A DNA stretch of 63,064 nucleotides, filler included, from Saprolegnia diclina VS20 (taxonomy: Eukaryota): the NCBI RefSeq assembly GCF_000281045.1. It is 5 parts of 2 records of this genome, joined end to end, with 100 filler letters (N's around TTAATTAATTAA, not from the genome) between each part and the next. Parts side by side here need not be neighbours in the genome. Positions count along the whole stretch, not along the records: positions 34,446 to 53,262 come from NW_008246141.1; positions 53,363 to 59,950 come from NW_008246141.1; 3 more parts are not named here. One strand, given 5' to 3'. The position numbers and the translations under genes are program-made. Under the pieces are notes generated by a model. That model was not told the DNA's origin. It made no database searches and saw only the letters and a program-made list of their open reading frames with translations. This document shows positions 46,392 through 58,217 of the stretch, piece by piece. Positions within the stretch are counted from its first letter, which is position 1, and the number at the start of each line of letters is the position of its first letter.

Positions 46392-47156
46392 TTAAATAGA
46401 CGCATAGGCTTTGGGCGGCGGCAGCGTTGTCAGCACATAGGCGCTCTTGGAGCGGACGCGCGGGACCTTGGCGACCGACAGGTTCTTTCGCCGGGCGACG
46501 GTCGTTGGTGCGCTGGCGAGGACGCTATTGGCGGGAAGGAGGAGACTGCTGCTGCTACTGGCGAGCGCGACGGTACCACTACTGCTACTACTGCTGCTAC
46601 TACCAAGTTGGCACGGGTTGTTGAGCGCGTGCGCGGCGTGAAACTGTTCAAAGCACGAGACACCGCCGTTGCCGCGGTCGCGCTGGCAGAGCGCAACCTT
46701 GCACTCGGCGCAGTGGACGCTCGTCTTGCAGCCGTGGCGCGAGTGCGGCGCTTTGTCCGTCACGTGCTTGGCCCGACAGCACCACACGCACGAGAGCTGC
46801 CGCTGGCCCGAAAAGGGCACGGGCGTATGGTTGCGCGTCGCATCGAGGCGCTGGGCTATCAGGATTGGATCTCGAAAGTACTGGTCGCGCTTGTTGTAGA
46901 AGACCATGCGCGCTTTCGGCGGCAGCTTCTCGCTCGGCGGCAGCTTCTCGCTCGGCGGCGGCGGCGGCGGCGCGACGCTTGGTGGGCCGACCTCGGCGTT
47001 GACGTACGAAGCGAGCTGCGTCTCGAGCCGCTGAACCTGCTCGTAGAGGATCTGGACCTTCTCGCTATCGGGTGGCATGGACGCCTTGCACATGACGCAC
47101 TTGTTCATGATGGGCAGGTTGAAGTACTGGCAGCCACGGCAGGGGATCCCTGTCAT
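46392..47156 (-). CDS. Zinc-finger protein: N-terminal RanBP2-like C4 finger, coiled coil, and piggyBac-transposase-like Cys-rich domain
   Basis: CRGCQYFNLPIMNKCVMC (C-x2-C-x3-N-x6-C-x2-C); HTP...CVWCC...KTSVHCAECKVALC...CFEQFH resembles the piggyBac/PGBD C-terminal CRD. No DDD catalytic domain. Confidence 0.7.
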   Translation of the reverse strand: MTGIPCRGCQYFNLPIMNKCVMCKASMPPDSEKVQILYEQVQRLETQLASYVNAEVGPPSVAPPPPPPSEKLPPSEKLPPKARMVFYNKRDQYFRDPILIAQRLDATRNHTPVPFSGQRQLSCVWCCRAKHVTDKAPHSRHGCKTSVHCAECKVALCQRDRGNGGVSCFEQFHAAHALNNPCQLGSSSSSSSSGTVALASSSSSLLLPANSVLASAPTTVARRKNLSVAKVPRVRSKSAYVLTTLPPPKAYASI

Positions 47157-47492
47157 CGCGCTTCGTGGCCGGACAAACCACGAAAAAAAAAGGACAAATT
47201 TCGAACGTGCTGGCTGCGGCCTATATTCGGCACATGCCACTTTTAAATCGTATTGAGGTCCAAGAACAAACGCAGACGCTGCGAATCCGACGGACGTTCA
47301 CACGAATGTCAAGCTTGCACAAAGCACATTGCGACGTGCTACGGGTGCAGTATGCCTACAAGTGTACGTACGTGGCGGCCATAGCGTGCCCACGTCATGG
47401 GCGCGTGTCCCAAGCCTCTTTATTTTCGGCATCCAACGTGGCACAATGCCACCAACTGCAAAATGCCACTTGGAATCCATTCAGCTATCGAG

Positions 47493-47834
47493 ATGGCAAT
47501 CACCAACGCCAAGATGGCGACGTACGACTTTCTCGCCGAGCTCCGCGGCAGCTCGTTCTACCCGGCGAACTCGATCGAGAAGGGCCGTACCTTGCTGCGC
47601 GCGCTCTGCGCTGCCATCGAAGACGCCAAGCCGCTCACGCTCGACGGGCTCGAGCAGCTCACGCATGCGACGACCGCGGCCTTCAACGCGCTCGAAGAGG
47701 AGCTCAACGAGCAAGGCTCGATCATCGACACGGTTGCGCGCGAATGCATCGCCAACGACATTGGGTGCATTGCGGAAGCGTACGGCTATCTGCAGTTCGA
47801 TATCGAGTCGCTCATTGCCAACCGCGAGTGGTAG
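47493..47834 (+). CDS. Bacterial-type DUF5713-like protein (candidate horizontal transfer)
   Basis: Intronless 113 aa: MAITN..FL..FYP..IEKG..L..LC..IE..P..L..LTHATT..FN.LEEE....GS.IDTVARECIA.D...IA.AYG....DIE.LIA.REW*, a pattern I recognise from bacterial DUF5713 proteins. Confidence 0.7.
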   Translation: MAITNAKMATYDFLAELRGSSFYPANSIEKGRTLLRALCAAIEDAKPLTLDGLEQLTHATTAAFNALEEELNEQGSIIDTVARECIANDIGCIAEAYGYLQFDIESLIANREW

Positions 47835-48357
47835 ACTCCGTTATGTACCAAATCCAACACCGTTCCTATGACACGCAGGAGGGATCACCGCCGTACGACT
47901 AGGATATGCGATGGCACAAGTGCAGCTGCGATAGGAGACTGCCACGTCACGACATTGCCCTTGGCAGAGGGCGTGGCATGTTGCGGCCGCTCGAATGCTA
48001 CTACATGCTTGGGTTGCATCGACTGGAAAAAGGTGTTGGCCACGTTGCACGGGGCGTACAAGCTAGAGGACGCTGGTGCCGCAGCAACCACGCATGCGCC
48101 GACGATACAACAAAGCAAAGACGACCGTGCACACTCTGCAAGGTCCTGCACCCAAGAAGACTACTCACATGCAGCTGCAGCTAGCCCCATGGAAAGCCGT
48201 CGCAGCACGCTCGGCGAAACGCTGGCAAACGAGACGGGCGCCGTCTCTATGTGCAACTCGCCGGCATCGTCGTCACTGACGTTGCATTATCCGGATGCGT
48301 CGTCTTGTTGCGTCCGGTTATGTCATGGATCTTCATTTTTGAAGAGCCGAGACGCCG

Positions 48358-49686
48358 ATGCCCGAGACCTCGCTGCCGTCGTGGGTCGCGACCAACCGCC
48401 ACGTTGTCGCTTGGGACGATGGCTTTCGCCCGTCGGGTGCTTCGGCTGCCGACGCCGCGCCGGCACCAGGTGCGCCCGCCGCTGACTGCGAAGCTCAAAT
48501 TTCGATTCTCGCTGACAACACGTGGCGTAGGCAAAATGGTCGTGGACCAGCCCAAGACGGCGCCGGGCCTCTTTCGCATCGTCGAGAACGCCGTGCCCGA
48601 CGCGGTCGCGGGCGACCTGTACGAGAGCGCGGTCGCGGCCAAGGTGTGGGGCGTGTACATTCGAACGAGCGACGTTTTCGACCGGCAGCTCGAAGCGTAC
48701 CCTGAAACCAAGGACGACCACGCGCGCCATACGCTAGCTCTGCGCACGATCCGCGCCTTTCTCCTCGGGGCCGAGGTACCACGATGCGTGTAGCTTGACG
48801 CCTGTGATGCGCATGTCTTAGGCGATTCCGGCCGCCGACTGGGCCGCCACGCACGGCGTCGTTGTCTGGGTCATCACGTCGACCGTGAGCGACACGGTCG
48901 CCTACCACATGGATTACGCGGAAATGTTTCGGTACGACACAACCTATTGACATGCGATGGACACTATTGTCGTATCGCACTAGGTACCAAACCAACGTGA
49001 CGTACCCGCCCATGTATGGCGCGACGCTGCACGTGAGCCGGCTCAACGAGACGCCCGAATCGCATATGGAGGGCGGGGCCTTCTACGCCAACACGCGCGG
49101 CCTCGACCATTACAAGGTACGCAGCACACATGGCGCTCTTCTCTCGATTGACGCAGGGTAGGAGCATGGGTACAAGGAGTCGGTGGCGCCATTGCCGTCG
49201 CTGGACCAGGTAGCGAGAGACTGAGCGATCTGTCATCCTGACGCGCCTGCTGTAGATGACGACTGACGCGTCGTACGTTGTGGTGCCGTACAAGTACAAG
49301 CGCGGGATTGTCATGGACGGCAACTTTCCCCACGGCAGCATCCCGGTCTCGGCGCTGCCCTATGACACGGCGCGTGTCGTCGTCGGCTTCAATCTCTTCA
49401 ACCACGAGATTGGGCCGCACGCCGAGGCGTACCCCGAGCACAGCGCCAAGTTCAACAAGTACGTCAAGGTCGCGCAGGCGGCCGCGGCCAAGACTGCGAC
49501 GCTCTCGGTAGGCACTGCATCGTACTCGCCGCTGGGCTGCAACGGTCTTGGGACTAGATGGCGTCGATAAAGCGCTGCCCGCGCCAAGCGGCGTTCCTGC
49601 GCTTCCTCCTCCGCAAGGCGAAAGAGAAGAATTTGATCCAGAACGCCACGTTTGTCGGCCGTAGTAGCAATACGGCGGCGACGTGA
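48358..49686 (+). CDS. 2-oxoglutarate/Fe(II)-dependent oxygenase-fold protein, multi-exon
   Basis: Spliced product has YHMD (HxD), GATLHV..EGG, GIVMDGNFPHG (distal His) and RVVVGFN (2OG-binding Arg); short GT-AG introns join the frames. Confidence 0.7.
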
Positions 49687-49710
49687 GTGGTCGACCGAAT
49701 ATATGAGATC

Positions 49711-50074
49711 TTAGTTGTGGCGGAAGTACTTGAGGCTGACCCAGTTGATGTACATGGCGATGAAGCCCGCGGGAATCGTGAGCGGAATGAGGTAGCAGTA
49801 AAAGTGGTCGCGCCGAATCGTCTCCATCATGGGAAAGCGCGCCGGGTCGTCCGTGGGCAGCAGCTTGGCGACGACGATGAGGTACCTGCGTGCGCCATGA
49901 TGAGGCCCTCATCCAGGCAAGGTAGACGTACAAGAAGGTCATAAAGAAGGCGAACGAGAGACCGACAATGACGTAGCCCCAGATGGCGCCCGTCGAGACG
50001 ATGCGCGCGCCTTCGCGGCCGGCGATCGCCGACGACGTGCGCGATGGTGGCATGGATTCCGGATACGTATCCAT
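49711..50074 (-). CDS. PIGY: GPI-GlcNAc transferase subunit Y (PIG-Y/Eri1 family), 2 exons
   Basis: Two-TM small protein WGYVIVGLSFAFFMTFL/YLIVVAKLLP...DHFYCYLIPLTIPAGFIAMYINWVSLKYFRHN*, the characteristic PIG-Y C-terminus. Start codon is uncertain next to a gap. Confidence 0.8.
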
Positions 50075-50927
50075 ACGGATACGGTGGGCATGGGTGCATG
50101 GGATTGGTGAAAACAAAANNNNNNNNNNNNNNNNNNNNNNNNNNNNNNNNNNNNNNNNNNNNNNNNNNNNNNNNNNNNNNNNNNNNNNNNNNNNNNNNNN
50201 NNNNNNNNNNNNNNNNNNNNNNNNNNNNNNNNNNNNNNNNNNNNNNNNNNNNNNNNNNNNNNNNNNNNNNNNNNNNNNNNNNNNNNNNNNNNNNNNNNNN
50301 NNNNNNNNNNNNNNNNNNNNNNNNNNNNNNNNNNNNNNNNNNNNNNNNNNNNNNNNNNNNNNNNNNNNNNNNNNNNNNNNNNNNNNNNNNNNNNNNNNNN
50401 NNNNNNNNNNNNNNNNNNNNNNNNNNNNNNNNNNNNNNNNNNNNNNNNNNNNNNNNNNNNNNNNNNNNNNNNNNNNNNNNNNNNNNNNNNNNNNNNNNNN
50501 NNNNNNNACCGGCGAGGTATCCCGTGGCTCGCTATCAATGGTTCGTTTGTCATTTTCGTAACTGGTCAAGTGGACAAGCGTTGGGAAGATCCAAGGCTTG
50601 ACGGTGCTGGCGGTTGAGTAGCGGTGTTGACGTTGGTCAAGAGAAGAGAGAGGACAGAAACCAAATGACGACTCTGGTTCAGTCGACGTTGGCTCGCGTG
50701 CTGTCGTGGGCGAATCGCAGCTTCAGCATGGCTCAAGCGTGACGCGGTAGTTGTCGGAGGCGTCGGTGTTCGAGGAAGAGGACACCGTCGTCTTGCCTGG
50801 ACGCCGTTGTTACCAACGCGGCGGCGCCTGTCTCTGTCTTCAGCCCACGTGCAATTGCAAGTCAAATGCAAGTGTAATCTCACTCGTTTAGCATTAGCAA
50901 AAGTGCTACATAGTCGTTATTACAGCG

Positions 50928-51974
50928 TTAAAGTGCCGAGTGGGCGTTGACAACGTAGATCGACTGCTGCGTGTCGTCGCCCTTGGTGTCTTGCTGGCGC
51001 TTGCGGCGGATGGCCCACGCCGCGCCGGCGACGACCAAGATGGCGGCGGCCGCAATCGCGACAGCACCGACTGCCGAGACGCCGGAAGCGGCAACGTCGC
51101 TTTCGCTGGTCGACTTGGTCGTTGTGCCATCCGACGTCGCCGTTGGCGTCGCCGTCGTCGCCACTTGAGCACCGGGGTGGTCGTGAACCATTTCGAGCGA
51201 GACGAGGTCCTGGAGGTTTGTCACGGTCGCCATCTTCTGGAGCGACACGTTTTCATAAAAGTTGCAGTTGAGGCCTTGGCGCAAGATGATCTTGACGTCC
51301 GACAAAAGCACATCGCAGGCCGGCGTCGACTGGAAGAGCGCGACTTGGCTCGCGCTCGGAAAGACGTTGGTCTGCGCAAAAAATGCGTCAAAGTCAAACT
51401 TGGTCACGTTCGCGCACTGCGCGGCCTGCGGAATCGCCTTGATCTGCGCTGTGATTGAGCCCACGTCGGCGACGTTGCAGCGAGCAAGCGGCGGTGCCGG
51501 CGTCGCGTTGCTGCTGCTGTTGTTGTTGTCGTTGCTACTGTCGTTGGTGTTATTGTTGTTGTTGCTGCTGCTGTGGGTCGGCGGCGCGAGCGTCGTCGTC
51601 TCGCCCGCGCGCGCTTCGTGGCTCTGCATGTAGCTCACGAGATCGCGAAACTGCGGGAAGGTCGCCAGCTTTTGCAGCGGCTCGTTCGGGTAAAAGTCGC
51701 ACGCCGGCGTGCCCGACACGACGTCTTGGAACGCCTTGTACACGGTCTGGCAGGCCGGATACGACTCGAAGATCGACGTCTGCGCTGACGTTGGGAACGC
51801 ATTGTCCTCGGTGTAGAACGCGTAGAAGCTCCAGCCCGGCGTCGGGGCGTCGCACGCCTTGAGCGTCGGAAAGGCCAGGAGCTGCGCCTCAATGCGGTCG
51901 AGCGTCTCGACGGCGCATGGTGCACTCAGCGCGGACGCGGCCATGGCGGCCAGTAGAACTGGGACGAGCTGCAT
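50928..51974 (-). CDS. Membrane-anchored protein with two tandem elicitin-like domains
   Basis: Signal peptide MQLVPVLLAAMAASALS; domain 1 APC..KAC..FPTSAQTSIFESYPAC..PAC; Asn/Ser linker; domain 2 ARC..AQC..FPSASQVALFQSTPAC..LNC; Thr stalk; TM AVGAVAIAAAAILVVAGAAWAI + RRKR. Confidence 0.7.
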   Translation of the reverse strand: MQLVPVLLAAMAASALSAPCAVETLDRIEAQLLAFPTLKACDAPTPGWSFYAFYTEDNAFPTSAQTSIFESYPACQTVYKAFQDVVSGTPACDFYPNEPLQKLATFPQFRDLVSYMQSHEARAGETTTLAPPTHSSSNNNNNTNDSSNDNNNSSSNATPAPPLARCNVADVGSITAQIKAIPQAAQCANVTKFDFDAFFAQTNVFPSASQVALFQSTPACDVLLSDVKIILRQGLNCNFYENVSLQKMATVTNLQDLVSLEMVHDHPGAQVATTATPTATSDGTTTKSTSESDVAASGVSAVGAVAIAAAAILVVAGAAWAIRRKRQQDTKGDDTQQSIYVVNAHSAL

Positions 51975-53362
51975 GGGCGGCGACGAAGGCGAAATGAACT
52001 CGCTCCGCGCGGTATCGCAGCGCCAGCTGCTGCACCGGAAAGCTTGTCGAACGCGTCCAGCGTGTCTGTTTTTGTATCACATACAATCGTCCAGTTCCTT
52101 TGAAATATGGTGAAAACCCTATAAAATGACGCAATTTCATAGTTCAATGTATGGAAATGAGCTGCATTTTTCTGCAATCGCCAATGGGCAAGCCCAGCTG
52201 GGATGGAGGCTCGAGATGCACGCAAGGGCAAACTCCGGTCGCGAGCGGTTGGACGAAGCCGCGTTCGTTGCATTCGGGCGAAGGAACCGAAACGTTGACC
52301 ATCGCGTTCGATAGTAGCTTGGCGACATAGCACTTGTCTCTTTTGCGCCTTGTCAAAATGCAGCCCAGAGCGATTGGTCAGCTCGTGCTCCGCCGAGGCC
52401 TGACCGCGCGGGAGTAGTGGCAAGAATTCAAGGATCGTAGGTCGATCAAGTAGCTTGTCGATCGACCATTTAGAGAAACGAAACCCTTTAAAGGGTATTT
52501 CCGGTAATATACCGCCTGACCTAAAACTGCAGCTCAGAGCACGGGCAAGTTCCGGCAAAACGCAAAGGAGTTGCAGGACTAAGCATCGGCAGCTACGACG
52601 AGAAGACTGCGAAGAATGAACGTTTGATCCAGCGCAGACAGATCGTTCTGTGATTGCGCACATGGTGAAGAGAGCTGGTGAAGAGAGGAATGGGACTCGA
52701 AGTGGCTTTCTTCGATAGTCTTGTGTGCAGAAGCTTCGCAAAACCAACGTCGGTAGTACACGTAGACGGCTCTGCAGAGTCTTTCAAGCGAGATGCGACG
52801 GATGTATATGACGTCAATGGCAGGGATTATTCAATGTGCAGTCCCTCGGCATTTAGTCGGGTCGGTATGTAGTAGGTGGCTCGTCTTCGTCGATTGCTTG
52901 GGACGGGAAGCAGTATGGAGGTCGACTCGTAGTATGTAGGTGCGGGCGCACTCACGCGCCCGTACCGTGAGTGAACTAACATGATCTGAAACAACGAAGA
53001 ATGAGCATGCGGATAACATTGGCATCGCCGTGTTGTCGTCTCAGCGGAGAAAAATCGCATTGCCCATGGGCTTGGCCCATTCGCTTCAATGGCGACCAAA
53101 CAAGTCGCCTCCAAGCGCGATCTCAAAGCGAATGTGCTGGGCAATTCGATTTTTCTTTATTGAAAAAGATGGGAATGGAGATCGTCCACGGCGCGATAGT
53201 GTGGTGCGAAAGGTTTCAGCATGCGCAGAATAAGATTCGCAGAATAAGCCGTGCACCCAAAANNNNNNNNNNNNNNNNNNNNNNNNNNNNNNNNNNNNNN
53301 NNNNNNTTAATTAATTAANNNNNNNNNNNNNNNNNNNNNNNNNNNNNNNNNNNNNNNNNNNN

Positions 53363-55679
53363 CTGGACGAGTTCCCGTACAAACAGCGTCAGCTCGAGCG
53401 TTGTCGGTCGGTCATCCGGGTTTGTGGCCAAGCAGCGGTTGCCCCACTCCTTGACATACATCGGCGTCGTCGCATCAAACGTCGGCTGGAGCTCGCCCGT
53501 TGTCACTTTCGACAGAATCGACTGCTGTGTGAGTGCGCGACCCGTCTCGGGATGAACTGCATCCGAGTACGGGACTTGGTGGGTACTCAGCTCGGCCAAA
53601 ACGACCCCTAACCCCATCACGTCCCATCAGCAAACCGTATTCGAGACCAACAAAAAGAAAGGTACCAAACGAGTAGACGTCGGCGGCCGCCGAGTAGCGC
53701 GTCCCGCTAATGACCTCGGGGGCCATCCACTGGTACGTACCAATGCCGTTGGTCATGCTCGACTCGTCGATCTCGCGCGAGATGCCAAAGTCGGTGAACT
53801 TGGTGCCTTTGACCGCGTCGAGCAGGATATTCTTGGACTTGAGATCGCGGTGGATGATCGGCGGGTCGAACGTGTGGAGGTAGACAAGGCCAAAGACGAT
53901 ACTCTGGACGCAGAGAGCCTTGTCGCTCCACGGAAACTGCGTCGCCATGTGGGTCGCGAGGTAGGTACGGAGGTCGCCGAGGTCCATGTACTCGACGACC
54001 GCTTCAATGTCAATGGGGCGTGTCCAGCTGGCGCCAACGAGCTTGACAATGTACGGGCTCTCCATCCTATGAATCGACAAGAATTTGGAAGTGCGAGGAT
54101 TAGGGTTGGGTGATGGACGTACTTGGCCATGAGGCTGATCTCGGCGATAAAGTGCTGGACCGAGACGGGATCCTTGTTCTTGTTGCGCTTGATAGCGACA
54201 GGGCCCTCGTTGTACGTGCCGCGCCAGACTTCGCCAAAGGCACCGGCCGCCAGCGGCGTCTTGGACGTGGTGTGCAACAGAAGCGGGTCGAGCTTGTACA
54301 GGTCGAGATGGCGAAGCTCCTCTGCGAGCACGGACGAGGCCATGGTCGAGCCATGGTCGAGCGCTCGCTTTTTTCTCAGGCGGCGGTAGATGGTGAGAGC
54401 GATGATGAGCCCGACGGCAAGGACACCGGCCGCAATACCGAGACCCATACCCACGCCTAGCGTAGCGTAAGATTTGTACAATTCCCGATCAAGTTGTGCT
54501 GTACGCGACAGTTGGGGCGGCAGCTGCTCGGACGGTGCCAGCGTTGGCGCAGGGACCAGCACGCACACACTGTTTGTGGGGCTCCATAGCGTACGGGGCT
54601 GGCCGCCTTGGAGTGTGCAGTCGTCCGCACTTGTTTGTATCGAGCCAATGCGATAGCCTCGTTTGTCGCTGACGCTCCTCGGCGAGAGGGCGACCAGCGC
54701 GTGGAACGTGGCATTGTCGATCGTCATGTTGACAATGTTGACGTTGTCAAAGTCGCTAGTGGAGCATGAGACATTTTGTAAAATGCAGCAGTTTACAAGG
54801 TTTGAAGCCGCGACGAAAAGGTGACGTTGGTCAACCGAATTGGGCGCGCTGTCGACTCCAAGGTACTACATGGGATTGTGAATAAGCAACGATTCGACTC
54901 GTGACGTGTACATGGCTTCGAGGTGGGACCAGTCGTAGTCTTGGAGAGTGGTCACCTTGTCTTCAGCAATGTATCTACTTGTCATGCCGCCTTCTATCCC
55001 GCGCATCGATCAAGAGGCGTACAGCTCGGTGACGCTTGGCGGCAAGGTGGTGAGGTCGGGTAAGTCGAGGACGTTTGTTTGACGCAGCGTCCTACTTAGA
55101 GTGAGTGGAATTGCCACGTGTGCGTTCGTTACAAGGACGCCAAGAGCGGTGGCCACTGCAGCTTATCGAGCGTGTCGACGGCCACCAGCGCACAGTCATG
55201 AATCGTTCTGTGCAATAAATTAGAGTCGACACGCAAACATCCCGTCGTCGCACAAGTGCAGAACGCCCGGCGGCAGCGGCAGCGTGCGCAGTGGGCTCAG
55301 ACGCATGCTCTCAAACGTTCTAGACCACGTCATCGCCACTTGTAGTATCTGGAATGGTCGTACAAGGAACGCAACGTTGGCGGCAGCAGCGCGCGCGTGA
55401 AGAGGTCGCCCACCGCGCGGTCCGAGCCATTGAGCGTCCTAAACAGCAAGCATGACCATCGACTCGACATAGCATCGGTTGAGCCGACAGAGTGGTGCTG
55501 GCAAAGTTGGTCAAATTGCCAATGCGCGTGCCGGCGGGAAGATCAAAGCGCGTCATTCGCCCAACTTGGGACGACCACGTCGTGCACGCGGCGTCGACGA
55601 TGCACGTGTCACTTTTGCACGTACTGTCGGCCACGAAATACCGAAAAGCGCCAAAGGCGGCGTACGGGCACGCACTCAT
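53363..55679 (-). CDS. LRR receptor-like TKL kinase G (last codons cut by spacer)
   Basis: MSACPYAAF..VADSTC..CIVDAAC cap; phase-2 LRR mini-exons at about 54755-55440; TM LGVGMGLGIAAGVLAVGLIIALTIY; LAAGAFGEVW, HRDLKSKN, DFG, GTYQWMAPE. Confidence 0.85.
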
Positions 55680-56298
55680 GTCGTCTTGTCAAAATCGAAA
55701 AATGACGAAAAGCATCTGACGGGTGTCGGGTTGTTTCGGGTTGTTGTTGCTGGATTGAAAAATATGCAGCCGACCAGCTGTGTCCGCTGAGAAGCCTGGT
55801 GCCAAGCCGCCTAGCTTGGCTTGAGGCAGTGCCAGGTACAGTATTATCCCACATGCGCGAGCGACCGCCTTGACAAGGCGCACTGATGGAAACTCCATTT
55901 GAGCGCCAAGGCGTCCACACTTCGAATTTCGATTCCGGATAACGCGACATGTTGCCACCGCAACTGGATAATGCGTAGAGAAAGCCGGGGCCACCTCGTC
56001 GCCAAGATACACGTGTAAAGAGAGCATTCAACGCTCGTGCTCATGCATTTCCTTTCCGAATGCATCTTGATGTGGGCGAATGCAGCAAGTCTCGAGGCCA
56101 CCGACAAGCGTTTTTGCCACAAGGTTGATGGTCGAATCCGGATAAAATGTGATCTTCGAACTTCGCTTTGCATGGCAATGTGAACTCTCAGCCCAAGCCA
56201 AGTGGTTTGCCCAAGTGCAGCTGGATCCCACCCGAGTTTTTGACAGCTTGCGATCGTCGTGCAGGGTCCGATTCGACATTTGTCCCAACAACAAGCAC

Positions 56299-58217
56299 AT
56301 GCAGCGCATCCTTACCGCAATGACTGCGCTGGCGTGGACGCTGGCGATCCCTTGCACCAACAACGTCCAACGTCCGCCCAACGCCACGTACTTGATCTCT
56401 GGTGGCACTTGCCCGCCATCGACGACTTGTCTTTTGGCCGCCAACTGCACGGTGCTCGCAGCGTTTCCAAGCAACACGACGCGCTTCACGCTCTACGCCA
56501 ACACGACGATTGGCAACCTCCTCGGACACACGAGCACAAAATTGTTGGTGCTTTTCACTCTCATACAACCGTACTCACATTATGTAGAAAGCTCTATGGC
56601 ATCGGGCCGAGCGTGCCTTACCGCTTGGATCAGCTGCTGCTGCCACCGACCCTTCTTGGCTTGTAAATGGTTTGGTGTATATGTATGTGGACAATGTGGA
56701 GTAGGGAACTATACAACATGTCGCTCGCCTCGATCAACGCGACGGGCATTGCGTCACTCACGTCGTTGTGCGTTTGAAAGGATGACGTTGGCGGACCTGA
56801 AACGCTCGGATGTAGACAGTTCTTTGACGTCGCGTTCTCGCCCGAGATGGTGGACACATTTGTCTTGCCGCCATCGCTCCAAGATGTGTACGTCGCTCCA
56901 CACAGTATTGCCGTATCGACGATCACTGACCATTAGGTCGTTTGAACGAACGAATCTCGTCCAGCCGTTCGCTCTACCGGCGCGCGTCACCGCCTTGTGC
57001 GACCACAGAAAGCAACACTTTTCGGGTGGTCATGCACGTGTAGCACGTGGTACTTGAACACGCGCGCCACGGCCCTCCACGACGTCGATTGGACCAGCGT
57101 CCAGAATCTGTACAATATTGTCATGCGATTCGAGGACCTTTGTTTATCCATTTCTTGTAGAGAGCTCAACAATGTGACGACGTTTCGCAACGTTTCGCTG
57201 TCGTCACGCCTGGAATTATTGTTGCTGCTGTATCGACGGAGCTATGGACTCATCGTCACGTAGTGTGTGTCCCGAGTGCAACATGACGACCTGCATCATG
57301 GACAATGCGACGTTCAACGCTGTCAATGCGGTGCCACCCAAGCCCCGGTCGGGACGCGCACAGGTCGATATTTCGATTTCAACCAGCGCCACCGACTGCA
57401 CCGCCCAAAATGGCGTCCTCCGCAAACTCTGGAACACGGACAACACGACGTGTGTCGTGGCGGCCGCGACGCTGCCTCCGTCGACAACACTAGCGCCACA
57501 GGCGACAAAGTCGCGTACGTAGCACACTGATGGATATTGTCACGACGGCTCATCGTGGCAGATAGAGTGGGAATTGATCTTTGGCGTTACCGCGGCTGTG
57601 CTCGCCGCCTCGCTTCTCCTCGCACTCTTCATTTACCGCCGCCTCCAACGACAGACTCTAGATACCAGCGTCGGATCCGACACGGCACTGACGGACGAGC
57701 TCCACCAACTCGAACTGTACAAGATCAACCCCCTCGCCCTCTCGACAACCTCCAAGAAGCCGCTGGCGGCCGGTGCCTTTGGCGAAGTCTGGCGCGGCAC
57801 GTACAACGAGGGCCCTGTCGCTATCAAGCGCAACAAGAACAAGGATCCCGTCTCGGTCCAGCACTTTATCGCCGAGATCAGCCTCATGGCCAAGTACGTC
57901 CATCACCCAACCCTAATCCTCGCTCTTCCAAATTCTTGTCGATTCATAGGATGGAGAGCCCGTACATTGTCAAGCTCGTTGGCGCCAGCTGGACACGCCC
58001 CATTGACATTGAAGCGGTCGTCGAGTACATGGACCTCGGCGACCTCCGTACCTACCTCGCGACCCACACGGCGACGCAGTTTCCGTGGAGCGACAAGGCT
58101 CTCTGCGTCCAGAGCATCGTCTTTGGCCTTGTCTACCTCCACACGTTCGACCCGCCGATCATCCACCGCGATCTCAAGTCCAAGAATATCCTGCTCGACG
58201 CGGTCAAAGGCACCAAG
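56299..58217 (+). CDS. LRR receptor-like TKL kinase H (3' end in N gap), head-to-head with G
   Basis: Signal peptide MQRILTAMTALAWTLA; CPPSTTCLLAANC cap; LRR mini-exons at about 56589-57220; TM LIFGVTAAVLAASLLLALFIY; kinase nearly identical to G. Confidence 0.85.

Noticed and set aside
52440..52496. Short hairpin GGTCGATC..GATCGACC and palindrome ACCCTTTAAAGGGT, within the 273-aa ORF 51926-52747
   Set aside because: Too short to distinguish from chance; no partner terminal repeat; the ORF lacks coding-like composition.
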